NCBI GenBank assembly: GCA_010093995.1
Contig: ML992503.1
Span: 1,107,234 to 1,171,233 of the forward strand
Origin: Elsinoe ampelina
Taxonomy: Eukaryota
DNA length: 64,000 nucleotides
Direction: 5' to 3'
The notes below the pieces were generated by a model that was not told the DNA's origin, did no database searches, and saw only the letters and a program-made list of their open reading frames with translations. This document shows positions 33,900-45,236 of this stretch, in pieces (positions within the stretch are counted from its first letter, which is position 1; each line of letters starts with the position of its first letter). The translations under genes were made by a program, and so were the position numbers.

Positions 33900-36047
33900 A
33901 TGCCAGTTCTGCCACCTCACCTGCCCTCGCCAACTGACTTTCACAAAGGTAACATGGCCTCCAACAACTCCAGTAAGGAGTCTTTGATGGACGAGCTCGC
34001 GCCACGCGAACCACAGCTTGGTTCAACAACTTCGTCTGTCAGTCAGCCGCCACCCCAGGCAGCGCCACCCACTTTCCGCCTCTTTCCTCGTCAGACTGAA
34101 AAGAAAAACACCGGTTTCATCTTCGACTCGAAGGCCACCGGTGAAGGTTCCTTCAGCTTCTCTACTGCGCCGACCACAGCGCACTCAATTACCGCATCTG
34201 GGCAGCCGCCCCTTAACCTCGGGACGGCAGTCAACACAACTACGTGCACAGCTCCTAACGAAGCGCCACGCGAATGGAGCGGCAAGGCTGAGGATTCAGG
34301 AAAGGCCGCGGATCGAATGCCGGTCACCAGAGTCGAGACCGGTCCCAAGACTGAAGTCGAAGCTCTCTTTTTCGAAAAGGACGCATCCGACGAGTGCATC
34401 GTGGCGAAGATGCAGCGTATGTTTGAGGACGAAAAAGCCTTCAGAGCCGATCAGTTTCGGAGTGATATGCGGGATCTAGCTGATAAGTATCGCATTGAGA
34501 AGGACATTATTGCTGCATCACACAAGACACAGATCGACGAAATGATGTCGAAGTTCAGCAAGGAGAAGGCAGACATGGCAAAGTCTCATCAGCGCACCAT
34601 GCAGGTTATGATCAGTAGCCACGAAACAGACAAGAAGTACAACGCCGATCTACACAAAGCGGCTCTGGAAAGATTCATCCAGGACCGTGATTTGCAAAAG
34701 CAGCACGCCGCTCAACAGCACGGCTTGGAGGTTGCTGGGCTCGAGAAGAAGCTCAAGGAACAGGCCACACAGCATCAGACCAAGGTCTCAGCGCTTGAGG
34801 GAAAGCTCGCCGGTATGAAGAAATGGTACACAATCACATTTGCCAATCTCAAGAAGAAGACCAGCGACAATGATGAGAAACGCGAAGCAAAGATTGCACA
34901 GCTTGAGGCTGAAGTCGCCAGGCTAGAAGACAAAGTCATCGATCTCGAAGTGGACCTTGAAGATCACGACGAGCAGATGGAGCATCTCTGCCATCTCGAG
35001 AAGGACGTTATAGAACTGAAGGAGGCTGCTACGAAGCTAAGGTACGCGAACGAAGACATGGTTGAGAAACATCGGATTGAAGTCGCGGAGTTCGAGGAGA
35101 TCATCGAGGACCTAGCCGATCAGCATGAAATCGAGGTCACGGAGCTGGAGAAGACTATCCAAGGCCAAGTCGATGAGCACCAATTCAAGGTCGCGGAACT
35201 GGAGACTAAGATGAAGGACGAAGCAGCAAAGCTCAACAACGAGTTCACGGCCCTGGAAAAGACACTCAAGGATCAAGCGGACCAGCATCAGGTCAAGATC
35301 GTAGAAATGGAAGCGGTGATCGATGATCAGGCCGAACATCATCAGCTCGAGATCACAGAGATGCGGGAGGAGAACACGGCCCTCAAAGGGAGTGTGGAGC
35401 ACTTGGAGAAGGGAGTCGCGAGGTTGAGCGCAGATCTGGCGCAGGCAGAGGACGAAGTGGATGTCCAGCATCGGACAAATCTTGACTTGCAGAGAACAGC
35501 TGTAAAGCTGGCACAGGCGAAGAAGGAACTCATTGAGGAGCATCAAGTCAAGGTGATGGAGATGCAGCGGGACGTCGCCGACATGGTCAGCCAGCACGAG
35601 GTCAAGGTCCAACAGCTGCAGAAGATCATCTGCGATAACGATGATGCCCACAAGCAGACCTTGGCTGATGCCGACGCCAAAGCCACGCGACTTGCCCAAG
35701 AGCATGAGCAGACCGAGAAAAGCTTGAGGGCTACTTGCAGGGAACTCTCCGGCAAACTCGATGAGGCCCAGTTCGTCAGCAACTGCAAAGACCAGGAAAT
35801 GATCACCCTACTCAAAAGAACCAAAGCAGCAACCATCCAGGCTCGAAATCATGCCGAAGGACTATCGATGCAGAATCGTGACTTGAAGGCCGAGTTGGAC
35901 GAGCACAAGCATGCTTTGGAACTCATGACACAGGAGCTTGTCGAGAGGCAGAAGGCTGAGGCCGAGGACGGTGAGGATGATTTTGAGAACATCTCTTTGC
36001 CGGAGGAGTCTGATGGCGAGGAGGTCGAGGGCCCTGAGGAGTTGTGA
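33900..36047 (+). CDS. Hypothetical long coiled-coil protein with His-periodic repeats
   Basis: Uninterrupted ORF of about 715 aa from the first ATG (33900), with a disordered N-terminus, E/K/Q-rich helix and acidic C-terminus. Confidence 0.75.
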   Translation: MPVLPPHLPSPTDFHKGNMASNNSSKESLMDELAPREPQLGSTTSSVSQPPPQAAPPTFRLFPRQTEKKNTGFIFDSKATGEGSFSFSTAPTTAHSITASGQPPLNLGTAVNTTTCTAPNEAPREWSGKAEDSGKAADRMPVTRVETGPKTEVEALFFEKDASDECIVAKMQRMFEDEKAFRADQFRSDMRDLADKYRIEKDIIAASHKTQIDEMMSKFSKEKADMAKSHQRTMQVMISSHETDKKYNADLHKAALERFIQDRDLQKQHAAQQHGLEVAGLEKKLKEQATQHQTKVSALEGKLAGMKKWYTITFANLKKKTSDNDEKREAKIAQLEAEVARLEDKVIDLEVDLEDHDEQMEHLCHLEKDVIELKEAATKLRYANEDMVEKHRIEVAEFEEIIEDLADQHEIEVTELEKTIQGQVDEHQFKVAELETKMKDEAAKLNNEFTALEKTLKDQADQHQVKIVEMEAVIDDQAEHHQLEITEMREENTALKGSVEHLEKGVARLSADLAQAEDEVDVQHRTNLDLQRTAVKLAQAKKELIEEHQVKVMEMQRDVADMVSQHEVKVQQLQKIICDNDDAHKQTLADADAKATRLAQEHEQTEKSLRATCRELSGKLDEAQFVSNCKDQEMITLLKRTKAATIQARNHAEGLSMQNRDLKAELDEHKHALELMTQELVERQKAEAEDGEDDFENISLPEESDGEEVEGPEEL

Positions 36048-36617
36048 AGTGTCGCTAAGATCGACACGCTCATACAATGGTATTCTCTCGGCGTTGTGCG
36101 TTGGAGTTTTGCACTTGTGAATATTTCACAAGGACACCGGCGACGAACATTTCCGGCTATACCGAACGCTTTCTCCTTCGACTAAAGCAGATCACAACAG
36201 AACAGCATAGTCACCCAGCATATCTATTCGGTATACCTATCTAGCTGTCATAGCCTTTCACCAAACCATTATCGAAAGTCTCTTCACTTTCCAGGTCAGC
36301 TGATCGTGTCAGCTATGCCTCAGGACAGTGCAGAATCACAAGCTACTATTGTTTTGGCTTTGAGACATTCTGACGAGACTCTACTCACCCATCCTCTTCA
36401 CGTTGCTTTCAGGAATGCGAACCAGACCATCTGTCTCCGACAACGAAGCCACCCAGCCACCAACAGCCATGGACATGCACAGAGAAGGCAAACATCATCA
36501 TCATCATCTAGCCTCGAACGGGACAGCAGGGATAGTCGAAACATGTACTCGTGATTGACAAATTCCATTTCTCCCATCCCACCCTCACATTACTTTCCTA
36601 CAACACCTCCCTCCCAG

Positions 36618-36644
36618 CCCCCCCCCCCCCCCCCCCCCCCCCCC
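36618..36644 (+). repeat. Poly-C homopolymer, 27 nt (poly-G on the transcribed strand, just 3' of the wall-protein gene)
   Basis: Counted directly in the sequence. Confidence 0.9.
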
Positions 36645-36701
36645 ATGTCAGCTACCATTACTCCCTCCCTTCCCCTACCCGCTCAACCTTTCATCGCCCA
36701 C

Positions 36702-37520
36702 CTACAAGAAAGCCAACAGACCCAGCGCCACGACACCAGCCACCGGCCCGACCTTGTCCGCAGCACCAGTGAAGCTCTGCACCGCCGGCCTCGTAGTCGT
36801 GGCAGTCGTGTTCTTCCCCGCGGTGGTCGCAGGCACAGAAGCGTACACGACCGGGGTCGTCGGCACCGGAGTCGTGCCCGCAGGGGTGGTGACCAACCCC
36901 GTGCTCACGACCGTGCAAGGGCAGTCCTTGATCGTCAAGGTCGTGGCGGAAGTGACGGTGTAAGTCACGTTGTTCACCGCGAACTGGGTGGGCGAGGGGC
37001 AGTAGGTGGTGTAAGCCGTGACGACCTGGGTTGTGGTGACGGGGAGCGGGGCGGGGGCCACGATGGGGCTGGAGGAGGGCACGGTCGCGGCGGTGGCGGT
37101 GCAGTCGCCGCGGGCGATGGCGGCGGCGTTGCAGAAGCCGTTGAAGGTAGTCGAAGCGGTGGTGGAGGGGACGTATGCCGCGGTGGCGGTGCAGTCGCCT
37201 CGTGCGATGGCGGCGGCGTTGCAGAAGCCGTTGAAGGTTGTCGAAGCAGTGGCAGTGGGGACGTTTGCCGCGGTGGCGGTGCAGTCGCCTCGGGCGATGG
37301 CGGCGGCGTTGCAGAAGCCGTTGAAGGTGGTGCTGGAGGGGACGGACGCGGCGGTGGCGGTGCAGTCGCCGCGAGCGATGGCGGCGGCGTTGCAGAATCC
37401 GTTGAAGGTGGTGGACGCGGTGGTGGAGGAGGAGGAGGATGCGGCTTTATTTTCGGGCATGTAGGCCGCTGAGGCGACGGAGGCCACGAGGGCTGCGATG
37501 AGCATGTTTTGGGAAGACAT
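36702..37520 (-). CDS. GPI-anchored cell-wall protein, Ccg-6/Sed1/Spi1-like, with four N-terminal Cys-RGD repeats
   Basis: Signal MLIAALVASVASA; family motif TTQVVTAYTTYCPSPT...TYTVTSATTLTIKDCPCTV; GPI-type end FTGAADKVGPVAGVVALGLLAFL*. Confidence 0.88.
   Translation of the reverse strand: MSSQNMLIAALVASVASAAYMPENKAASSSSSTTASTTFNGFCNAAAIARGDCTATAASVPSSTTFNGFCNAAAIARGDCTATAANVPTATASTTFNGFCNAAAIARGDCTATAAYVPSTTASTTFNGFCNAAAIARGDCTATAATVPSSSPIVAPAPLPVTTTQVVTAYTTYCPSPTQFAVNNVTYTVTSATTLTIKDCPCTVVSTGLVTTPAGTTPVPTTPVVYASVPATTAGKNTTATTTRPAVQSFTGAADKVGPVAGVVALGLLAFL
37081..37415 (-). repeat. Four tandem coding repeats (81-90 nt) of STTFNGFCNAAAIARGDCTATAA
   Basis: Copies align at 37101, 37191, 37281 and 37362. 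Confidence 0.95.
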
Positions 37521-37660
37521 TCTGGATTGTGGAAAGGTGTAGTTTAGGGGAGGTAGTGGAATGGATGTGGTGGATGTTGCGGAGATGATGCTGATGGGGT
37601 AATGTGAGGAGAGGAAATGGCAGACCTTTATGTGTAGGCATGTCAAGGTTCATGGTTCCG

Positions 37661-37692
37661 TCACATCGTATTGCCCTCACATCGTATTGCCC
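37661..37692. repeat. Perfect 16-bp tandem duplication TCACATCGTATTGCCC x2 upstream of the wall-protein gene
   Basis: The copies occupy 37661-37676 and 37677-37692. Confidence 0.85.
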
Positions 37693-39223
37693 ACACGACC
37701 GACGGCTGTCTTGGATGTGGCGAAGTCAAAGTCGACTGAATACCGAAGAAAACAACACTCTTTCCATGTTAGGTGGTGTACCAGCGGGCCGGATGCCCAA
37801 TACGAGACGTACCGACATCGACGGCACAACTCACGTCACAGGCATAAGCCCAAAGTATGCCTATTTGCAAAACATCACTTTTGCCGGTTTGTGTCTCTGG
37901 ACCGTTGTTGATTCGCGAGACAAGACCTAGTGAATGAGCGTAGTCTGTAGCTTATTGCATTTTTGCAACTGACGGTTGAGAACGATGACGGCTGTGATCT
38001 TGATGCGGCGCGATGCGGCTGAATCGTCGTTGTTTGATGCTCTCGCAAACGAGCGTGGTCTATGCACTCGCGATATGCGCGTTCAAAGGACTGGAAAGTT
38101 GCCAGGAATTTGGTAGCACTTCCTTTGGTGCAGGTACCCGAGCAAGGAAGTGAAGTAGGGCTGATCCCTGGACACGGCCCCCATTTGCAGTGTCGAGGGA
38201 TTCCTGAAGTCTCTCCTGGTTGCATCGCAAGTTTCCCGATCAGGCGGGCCCAATGAGGAGAGTCCCGCCGACTTAGGAAACCATAGTGGAGTCTCATTGT
38301 TTCAACGTCATATTGAGAATTGTCGGGAGTCTGGTGTTGCTTCAAGCGCAACGGCTTTTGGTTGAAGACTGAGCAAACTTCGTTAAAAAAAGAAGCCAAA
38401 AATAGAGCCGGGTGAGAGCCGCATCCCAAACGGTGGCGGCAAGTGACGTCGAACACCGTTGAAAAGGACTCAACATGGTCACATCGATTGGAGGCCAGTG
38501 ATCGAAAATTGCTCGATTGGACTTGAGCATGTCAAATGCATCACAACCTATCCGTGTATGTCCTTCATTCGAGACACCCAGAAAGACTGTCAAGTGACAT
38601 TCCTCAAATGGCTCATTCAGTGTGCCATTTTCATCTCAAGGTATCTCCACCAAGTAGGAGTGTCGCTGGCTGGGTGTCGCGTATCGTTCAAGCTTCGTGT
38701 GTGATCATTCTGTCGCTAACATGTGGTCCGTTACTCGTGATGTCAATGGCACACGACTGTGCATGTCGGGCGTCGATAAATCAGGCAAGAGTATGTGGTC
38801 TGTCGCCATGCATCGCATATTCGTAGGCTGTGTAACAACAAGATTCACTCCGTGCTGCTCAGACGGTGGCCTGCAAGAGATGAAAGGCGAATGAGAAGGA
38901 TCTCGAGCCGTGGCTGGACAGCGTCGCGTGTTCGCCCGTCGAAGGCTTCCATTCGCAGCATCAGATGAGCGTGGATGCTGAGCCACCATGTTGATGCAAG
39001 AGCAATGCACTTTCAAGTCGAGATGCAAGGACAGTAAGCAGCCAACGCAGCTGTGGCGGGAATGGCGCACACAGCCTCGCGGATTTGATTGGCAGCGGGT
39101 GCATGCATGGATTGCCAGAGCTGAAGGCAAAGACGGCAGCTCAGGTTTCAGGCAGCCTATATCAAGTCCTTCAAAATATGCATCGACTGCTCTGTTGTGG
39201 ACGAGGTGTCTGTGTCAGTCGCT

Positions 39224-41072
39224 ATGCCTGGTTCTTCAACTCCGCCCGCTAGCCGGCCATCACGGCCAGCTTCAGGTCAGACATCCGGTGCTACCACGGC
39301 GGTTAGCAGTCAGCCGCCTAGACCTCTTGAGATAGTAACTCAAATCGAACATCATTCGCTTGACAGGTAGTCCATCGCCACTGTGTTCAATGAGGATACT
39401 GACGGTCGTAGCAATGGTAGTTGGGTTGGTCAGCCTGGTCTCGACCAAGCCGGTTTTGACAGCTTTGATGTGAGTGCTCTGCAAGCGAGTCACCAACGCA
39501 ATTAACAACTTCTAGCCAGATAATGCCGAAGGTGTCCATGTCTTGTGAGATTTTTGATGAAGTATAGAGGGTGTCAGGTGACTGACCACCAGAAAGCTTC
39601 ATGCCCTCGGTGAGGGAAATAAGACCGGACAGTCCAAAGTGGTCCAATTTGAGATCCATACTCAATGCCAAATATCACGTTCCGTGGTATTTCTTCGGTT
39701 TCTTGGGCTGGAATCACAACGGATCATATACCGGCATTCTATCTGACGGGGGCCGCAAGCATGGTAAGCAGACATCATGCCCAAGAAAGAAAGACGCTAA
39801 CAGACACGACCAGTCTCAACTGCACGCTACCTCATCAAGCAGATCCAGACCTCTGACGAAAGGGAGGACATTCCGCTGAAGATCAAGACCAACTTCTCAT
39901 GGGACTTTCTCTGCTTTCATGTACTATGGCGAGAGACTTTGACTGGCTCGAAATCGCTCATTCTGCTCTGCTTTGATCTGGCCGGGGGTGAGGTGAAGGA
40001 GACGAACGAGAGGCTTCTGAAGCGCATGAAAGACCACATCTTGAACGTGAATGAGACGAATGTGCACAGCGGAGTCTCCGAAAATCCCTTTTCGATCCAC
40101 ACCATTCTCCTTCGAGAAGTCCTTAGCATCATTGACGGTTCTGTCTGGCGGTTCAGAGATCCGTTGAAGTCACTCGAAGAGGTGAGTGCTCGGTGGGAAT
40201 TTGGATACCGAGTCGCTGACATGTCTATAGCAAATCAAGCCAGAGGATGACGACGGGGTTAGGAAGCAGCAGGGAGGACAAGCTGCTCCAGGTACTCCAC
40301 CACCGAATAGTCTACCAAACACCAAAGGACCGCCCAAGCAACCTTTGACGACCAGAAACAAGCTCGATCTGGCCAAAAGGGAAAGTATCGAACTGTACTA
40401 CCACCTGCTTGGGCTACTCCGTCATCTCACCCATGGCATAGAGACAATGTCAGCTAGCGGCACGGCGCTCGCACGCATGGAGCAAGACTGCGCGAACTTC
40501 TTCCCGCCGGTAGAAGTTACGGCGGGGGTGAATGGCAGTGAGAGAAAGCGATTGATGGTTGACCCGACGCTGGAGGAAATGAGATGCACGATTGGCCTAC
40601 TAAAGACGATGCAAGAGCGTGCCAATTCGAACGAGAAGCGGCTTGAAAGGCAGCTCGATAGGGTGAGCTCATTGTGATAAACACTACCGAGTGGCGTTAA
40701 CATCCATACCAACAGGTCTTCCACCAGGTCGACTTGGAGAGCGTAGCCATATCCCAGAGGGTACTTGACGAGATCCGCAACAACGATCGAGATGTGACAG
40801 AATTCCTCACAAGGCTGACGGTCATTTTCTTACCAGCCACCTTCACAGCCGTGAGTGCACCTATAATCTACGGCGTGCCAGACTGACGATTTCAGACATT
40901 CTTCGGCATGAACTTTTTCGAACTGGTCGATTATCCCATCTGGATATATTTCGTGGTCACCATCCCAATGACTCTGCTGTTGTTCTGCCTGGGACTGGGT
41001 CTACCCGGCTTTGGCAATTGGGAGGCTCTCGTCAGGAAAGTTAAGCGGCATCCTGAGCAGAACATAGTTTGA
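39224..41072 (+). CDS. CorA-like membrane protein with GMN motif (multi-exon; 5' exon structure uncertain)
   Basis: Spliced translation ends ...RANSNEKRLERQLDR|VFHQVD...LTRLTVIFLPATFTA|TFFGMNFF...IWIYFVVTIPMTLLLFCL, which is the two-TM CorA end. Upstream exons are YHVPWYFF..NGSY, LLCFD and NPFSIH. Confidence 0.75.
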
Positions 41073-41367
41073 AGACTGGTTATGCCTTTGAAGTGGGGTA
41101 ATTCTGGACAGTCTCAGAGAATTCCCTAGACCGAACGACACTCCCGCCGTCTCTCCCACATGGCTTTCAGAAGCTAAGTGTCCCTCTTCTGCATGCGGGG
41201 AGAAGAACTGCGACAGTCCAGGAGGGCAGAGTCTTGTTGGAGATGGTCGCATCATGGTGGACATGGTAGGTGATACGATGTATGTATCGGGAGGTGAGCA
41301 ATCATCTTGCGTAAAGCACACAGCGGTGGATTGCAGGCAATACTACCAGTGGCACGGTCGTGATGAT

Positions 41368-42117
41368 TTAGTGTTTCGATTTTCGAATGACATATCCATA
41401 ATAGTCGAATCCACCACCACCACTTAGTACTTGCATGTCCAGTCCCCAAAGACCATCTGGGTTGAGCAATGGTTTCATGAAATGTGGTTGTCGAAAAGTG
41501 AGATACAGAAAGGCGCCATCGTCCTTGAGCACTCGATGGACCTCACGGAGATACTTTGACGTGTTGTTTCTGACCTCGTCTGGCGGCGACCAATTACTGC
41601 CCCAGATCATAGCATCGAGCGTCCCCTTGTCAAAGGCAACATCGACAGCACCGTCCTCAACGGAATTCATATCCCTGACGTCGACCTGCCTCCATTGGAT
41701 GCCTTGAATGTGATTGTGGCGCTCACTCATCATCTTGACGACAACAGGAGAAAAATCGAAGCATAGCTGCCGAGTGTAGCCGCGAGAGGCCAGGTCGCTC
41801 GGGACGGCCTAAGATGACGAACAGTCAGGAAAAGGACACCTACCATCGGAACACGGTGAAGCCTGATAACGTTGGAGAAGACGGGAGATTGGGAGGTGCT
41901 AGGTTGTACGCACAGAGTCACCGCTTCCGAGGTGCAGTATTTGCGGATCGTCCTCTGGCCTCAAACCTTGGACGCTGAAGAGATTTTTTGCAAGCAAGGG
42001 TTCGAGCTCGGAGAATGACTTGAACCATTCGTGGGTAGGCACGTCGCCGTCGGACTGCTGATACCTGCCATCCCAGTAGCTGGAAGTGGACAGCGCCTTG
42101 TCCTCTTCGATAGTCAT
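41368..42117 (-). CDS. EEF1AKMT4/METTL13-N-like protein-lysine methyltransferase (2 exons)
   Basis: YWDGRY...HEWFKSF, ILHLGSGDS, DFSPVVV, DVAFDKGTLDAM and EVHRVLKDDGAFLYLTFRQPHF. One intron of about 100 nt near 41810-41913. Confidence 0.85.
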
Positions 42118-43038
42118 GTCATGGGCGGAGGGCAGTGCCCGGTATCAAAAGACAAGAATAGGTAGAGCAATTTTTCTAGAAGGTCTGGAGAGTCAGTGTC
42201 TTGACAAGCCCAGGATTAGGCTCTTGCCGATTCGGGATATCGCTTCCGCCCGTCTGTCGTGCATGCCGAGCCGTAAAATATCTGGTGATGCCCAACGCTG
42301 ATTCGACGAAGCGAGAGTGGGCGGACAAACGCGACAAAAAAAGGGAGATGGCGCACAGCGTTGGACACACCAAGCGAAGTGAGTGCATGCGTGCATGATT
42401 TCTTATTCGGTGACACTGTCATCGGGATGATCGGGACTGGTAGGCCGCGGGCACAACGGGGGTTTTGCAATATGCATTTCGGTTGTGTCGCGCATGTGAG
42501 TGACACACGAGCACTCTGGAGCGCGTGCCTCCCTTGCCTTGGGTTGCGGGCTGCAGCTCCAATCTGAGCCTCGCAAATCCCTTATCAGTCACTCTGTACC
42601 ATCCCATCCTTTTCGCAGACGCCGCAGCCGGCGGGCGAACGAAACTGACGACACGGCTCCTGATAGCTGGAGTCGTTCTTCTGCACTCCACACGCTGCTC
42701 CTCACTCCTGCTGATCTCACTTGCATTCTTCTTCTTGATTTCTTAACTTCCATACCACCTTCTTTTCCCTACTTCTGCACAGACTGCCTTGAGGTCGATG
42801 AAACACTTTGATTAGGACCCTGACTGCTTGGCCTTCTGTAATCGGTCTAGCTGGCAACCCAAGGGCACAAGGGCACGCGATTCAGGCGGATCCGACGCAG
42901 CTGGCCGCTTCTTCCCCAGATTCGGCTTCTTACGTACCTTCCGATTTCACAAACGTAATAATCGGTGCTCGTACTGGACCCACGCGACCAGTGTTGGGCC
43001 AAAACTCGGATAGCGCCTGAAGGTCATAGTCTGACTTC

Positions 43039-44616
43039 ATGTTCTCCTTCAAGTACCTACGACGGCCACTTCACAATTGCAATGACGAAAAGGACTCGTT
43101 ATCGACCATGACACGCGACATGTGCAAGGCGCAGAGGGTCCCGCCCGGGACTCCGATAAGGAAGAATGACGCTGTCCACCACATCCCACCACGAACAAGT
43201 CCACGCCCAACCAGTCCGACAGTCTCCAAACCAGTCACGATACCGTCGAGAAACTCGTCGAGAGGTGCAAGCTCGAGAAGGATATCATCAGGCAGCGGGC
43301 AGACCGTCAAAGGCCGCCGCGAGTCGAGCAGTTCTGCAAACACACATCGCCGGGATGCAGTGCCGGCTTCTGTCGCTGCGCTACTCGCCGTGACAGCTAT
43401 CCCACCACGAAAGACGACGGCGAAGAGGCGGATAGATCCACAACGGCGCATCTCTATCGACGAGTTGGTCCAAGAATGGAAATCGGAAGCTCTGAGCATG
43501 CCTTCGTATGGCAGCCTCAAGTCCATGGAGGTTTTGCTTGAGCCGTCAGAGGATACCGCCGAGTGCAGTCTCGAGAGTCCTGGGGAATATCCTGAGGGCC
43601 TGCTATCGTCTCGCTCAGCTTCAAGCGACTCTACTCCCTCGCTAGATTTGGACCAGGCATCTCTCTTGTCTTTGGGCAACCCTCCAACACCAAGTGCGGC
43701 GCGAACATCCAGGACTGGCAGCATCTCTGCTTCCGCTCGCAAAATCAAAGCAGTGTCCCTAACACCAACCGAAGACTGCGTCCTTGACCATCCACTCATT
43801 CCACGATCCACGCCAGATCTTGACGATGACTTCGACTTTCCTGTACCTCTTGTAATAGCCTCCAACAAGGACCTCGATCGACGAAAGTCCTCCTTCAAGT
43901 CGAACCTCACACTTTCACTCCAATCACTCAAGACCCGCGCCCTCTCCTCGCTCTCTCAACTTTCGCTCAACAACGCCGGGCCGCACCTGTCCAACACTCC
44001 CTACGCCTACTCGGATGCTACGCTGTGGGAACACCCCTACATCTTCCCGAGGTTGTCGCCAGAAGTCCGACCTGTCTCTTTCTCTGGCGTGCCGACCAAG
44101 TCCGAGCGCAGATACTTCAACCCCTCGGTCCTCAGCTTTGACGAACAGCAGTCTCGGTATCGCGAAGCTCTCCACAACTCTTCCAACGATATCTTCACCA
44201 ATGAGGTTCTGGAAGAGCATCGTCACAGCCCGATGATCCAAATGAAGACCTACAACCGTAGTCCGGCACCGAGGCGGACAAAGGCAAAGAGCACACCCGA
44301 CGCCAACAGTGAAGCTGGCCGTGCTCTTGCTGGCCCACCACTTGTGCGCCAAAGGGAACCAAGAGAGAACAGCGACTTCCTACGAGTCGTTGTGCTGGAG
44401 ATGAACATGCGCCGTGTCGGCAAGCTCGAAGAAACAGTCCGCGGACGAGCGAGGATCTGGCTACCACCCCGTCAGAACGTAGTCGTAATTGAGACTAAGG
44501 AAGTCCGAACAGACGGTGCGGATGTAATGCTCGGAGGCGGTCCGGTAATGACGGACAGAAAGAGGAGGAGTAGACCTGTACCCAAGCGCTGGGTCAGCGT
44601 GGGAGTGGACGATTAG
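43039..44616 (+). CDS. Conserved fungal protein of unknown function, Ser/Pro-rich
   Basis: Motif islands VAALLAVTAIP, DHPL, SFKSNLTLSLQSLK and RQREPRENSDFLRVVVLEMNMRRVGKL...GRARIWLPPR in a disordered background. Confidence 0.75.
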   Translation: MFSFKYLRRPLHNCNDEKDSLSTMTRDMCKAQRVPPGTPIRKNDAVHHIPPRTSPRPTSPTVSKPVTIPSRNSSRGASSRRISSGSGQTVKGRRESSSSANTHRRDAVPASVAALLAVTAIPPRKTTAKRRIDPQRRISIDELVQEWKSEALSMPSYGSLKSMEVLLEPSEDTAECSLESPGEYPEGLLSSRSASSDSTPSLDLDQASLLSLGNPPTPSAARTSRTGSISASARKIKAVSLTPTEDCVLDHPLIPRSTPDLDDDFDFPVPLVIASNKDLDRRKSSFKSNLTLSLQSLKTRALSSLSQLSLNNAGPHLSNTPYAYSDATLWEHPYIFPRLSPEVRPVSFSGVPTKSERRYFNPSVLSFDEQQSRYREALHNSSNDIFTNEVLEEHRHSPMIQMKTYNRSPAPRRTKAKSTPDANSEAGRALAGPPLVRQREPRENSDFLRVVVLEMNMRRVGKLEETVRGRARIWLPPRQNVVVIETKEVRTDGADVMLGGGPVMTDRKRRSRPVPKRWVSVGVDD

Positions 44617-45236
44617 CATGACTGGGTATCTGCATCAGCCTTGTATGAGATGGGATCATGTCCAGTGACATGTTGGGATATATTAGCGGCATAGCGCTTG
44701 GATGATATAACGATTTACCGAGCTGAGGGACAGTCCCGGCAAGGATAGAGATATTCTATGATGATGAGAGATTATTATTACCATTGTCCGCATTGTAGTG
44801 ACTAACAGATTGATGGAGACGGGACATCAAGGTAGATGTATGCAGTCACATGTGGTAACTCAGGGACCCCGCAAGTTGTCTTGCTCGCAGCATCACCTCA
44901 CCTTGCGTGATCACGACGCTTCGAGCATGAGGTGCCATGCTCCGGCATTTGCCAAGGCAACGTCTCATATTATTGCAGCCGCCACATGAGAAGACACGAT
45001 GTCGATATTGCAACACGCATCTCGCTCATTAGGGAAGAAAGTGTGGAATCCAGCTGACTACGCAAGTGTCTCCCTCTCCCTCACCAGCCAATTCCAATAG
45101 CGATGCGACTGCGAGAGTAAGGATCGCCACTAAAGGCATTTTTATCCTTTTAGAACACAACAAACAGATTTATACAAGGAGCTTGCGCAAGGTCTTTCTC
45201 AGTGCCAATGAATCCTCCTCTTTTTGTCATGCCGCA

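Noticed and set aside
37081..37415. Repeats as a fungal RiPP (dikaritin/KEP) precursor or a CRISPR-like array
   Set aside because: There are no KR/RR sites between repeats and no DUF3328 or cas genes nearby. The repeats are in-frame parts of a GPI wall protein.
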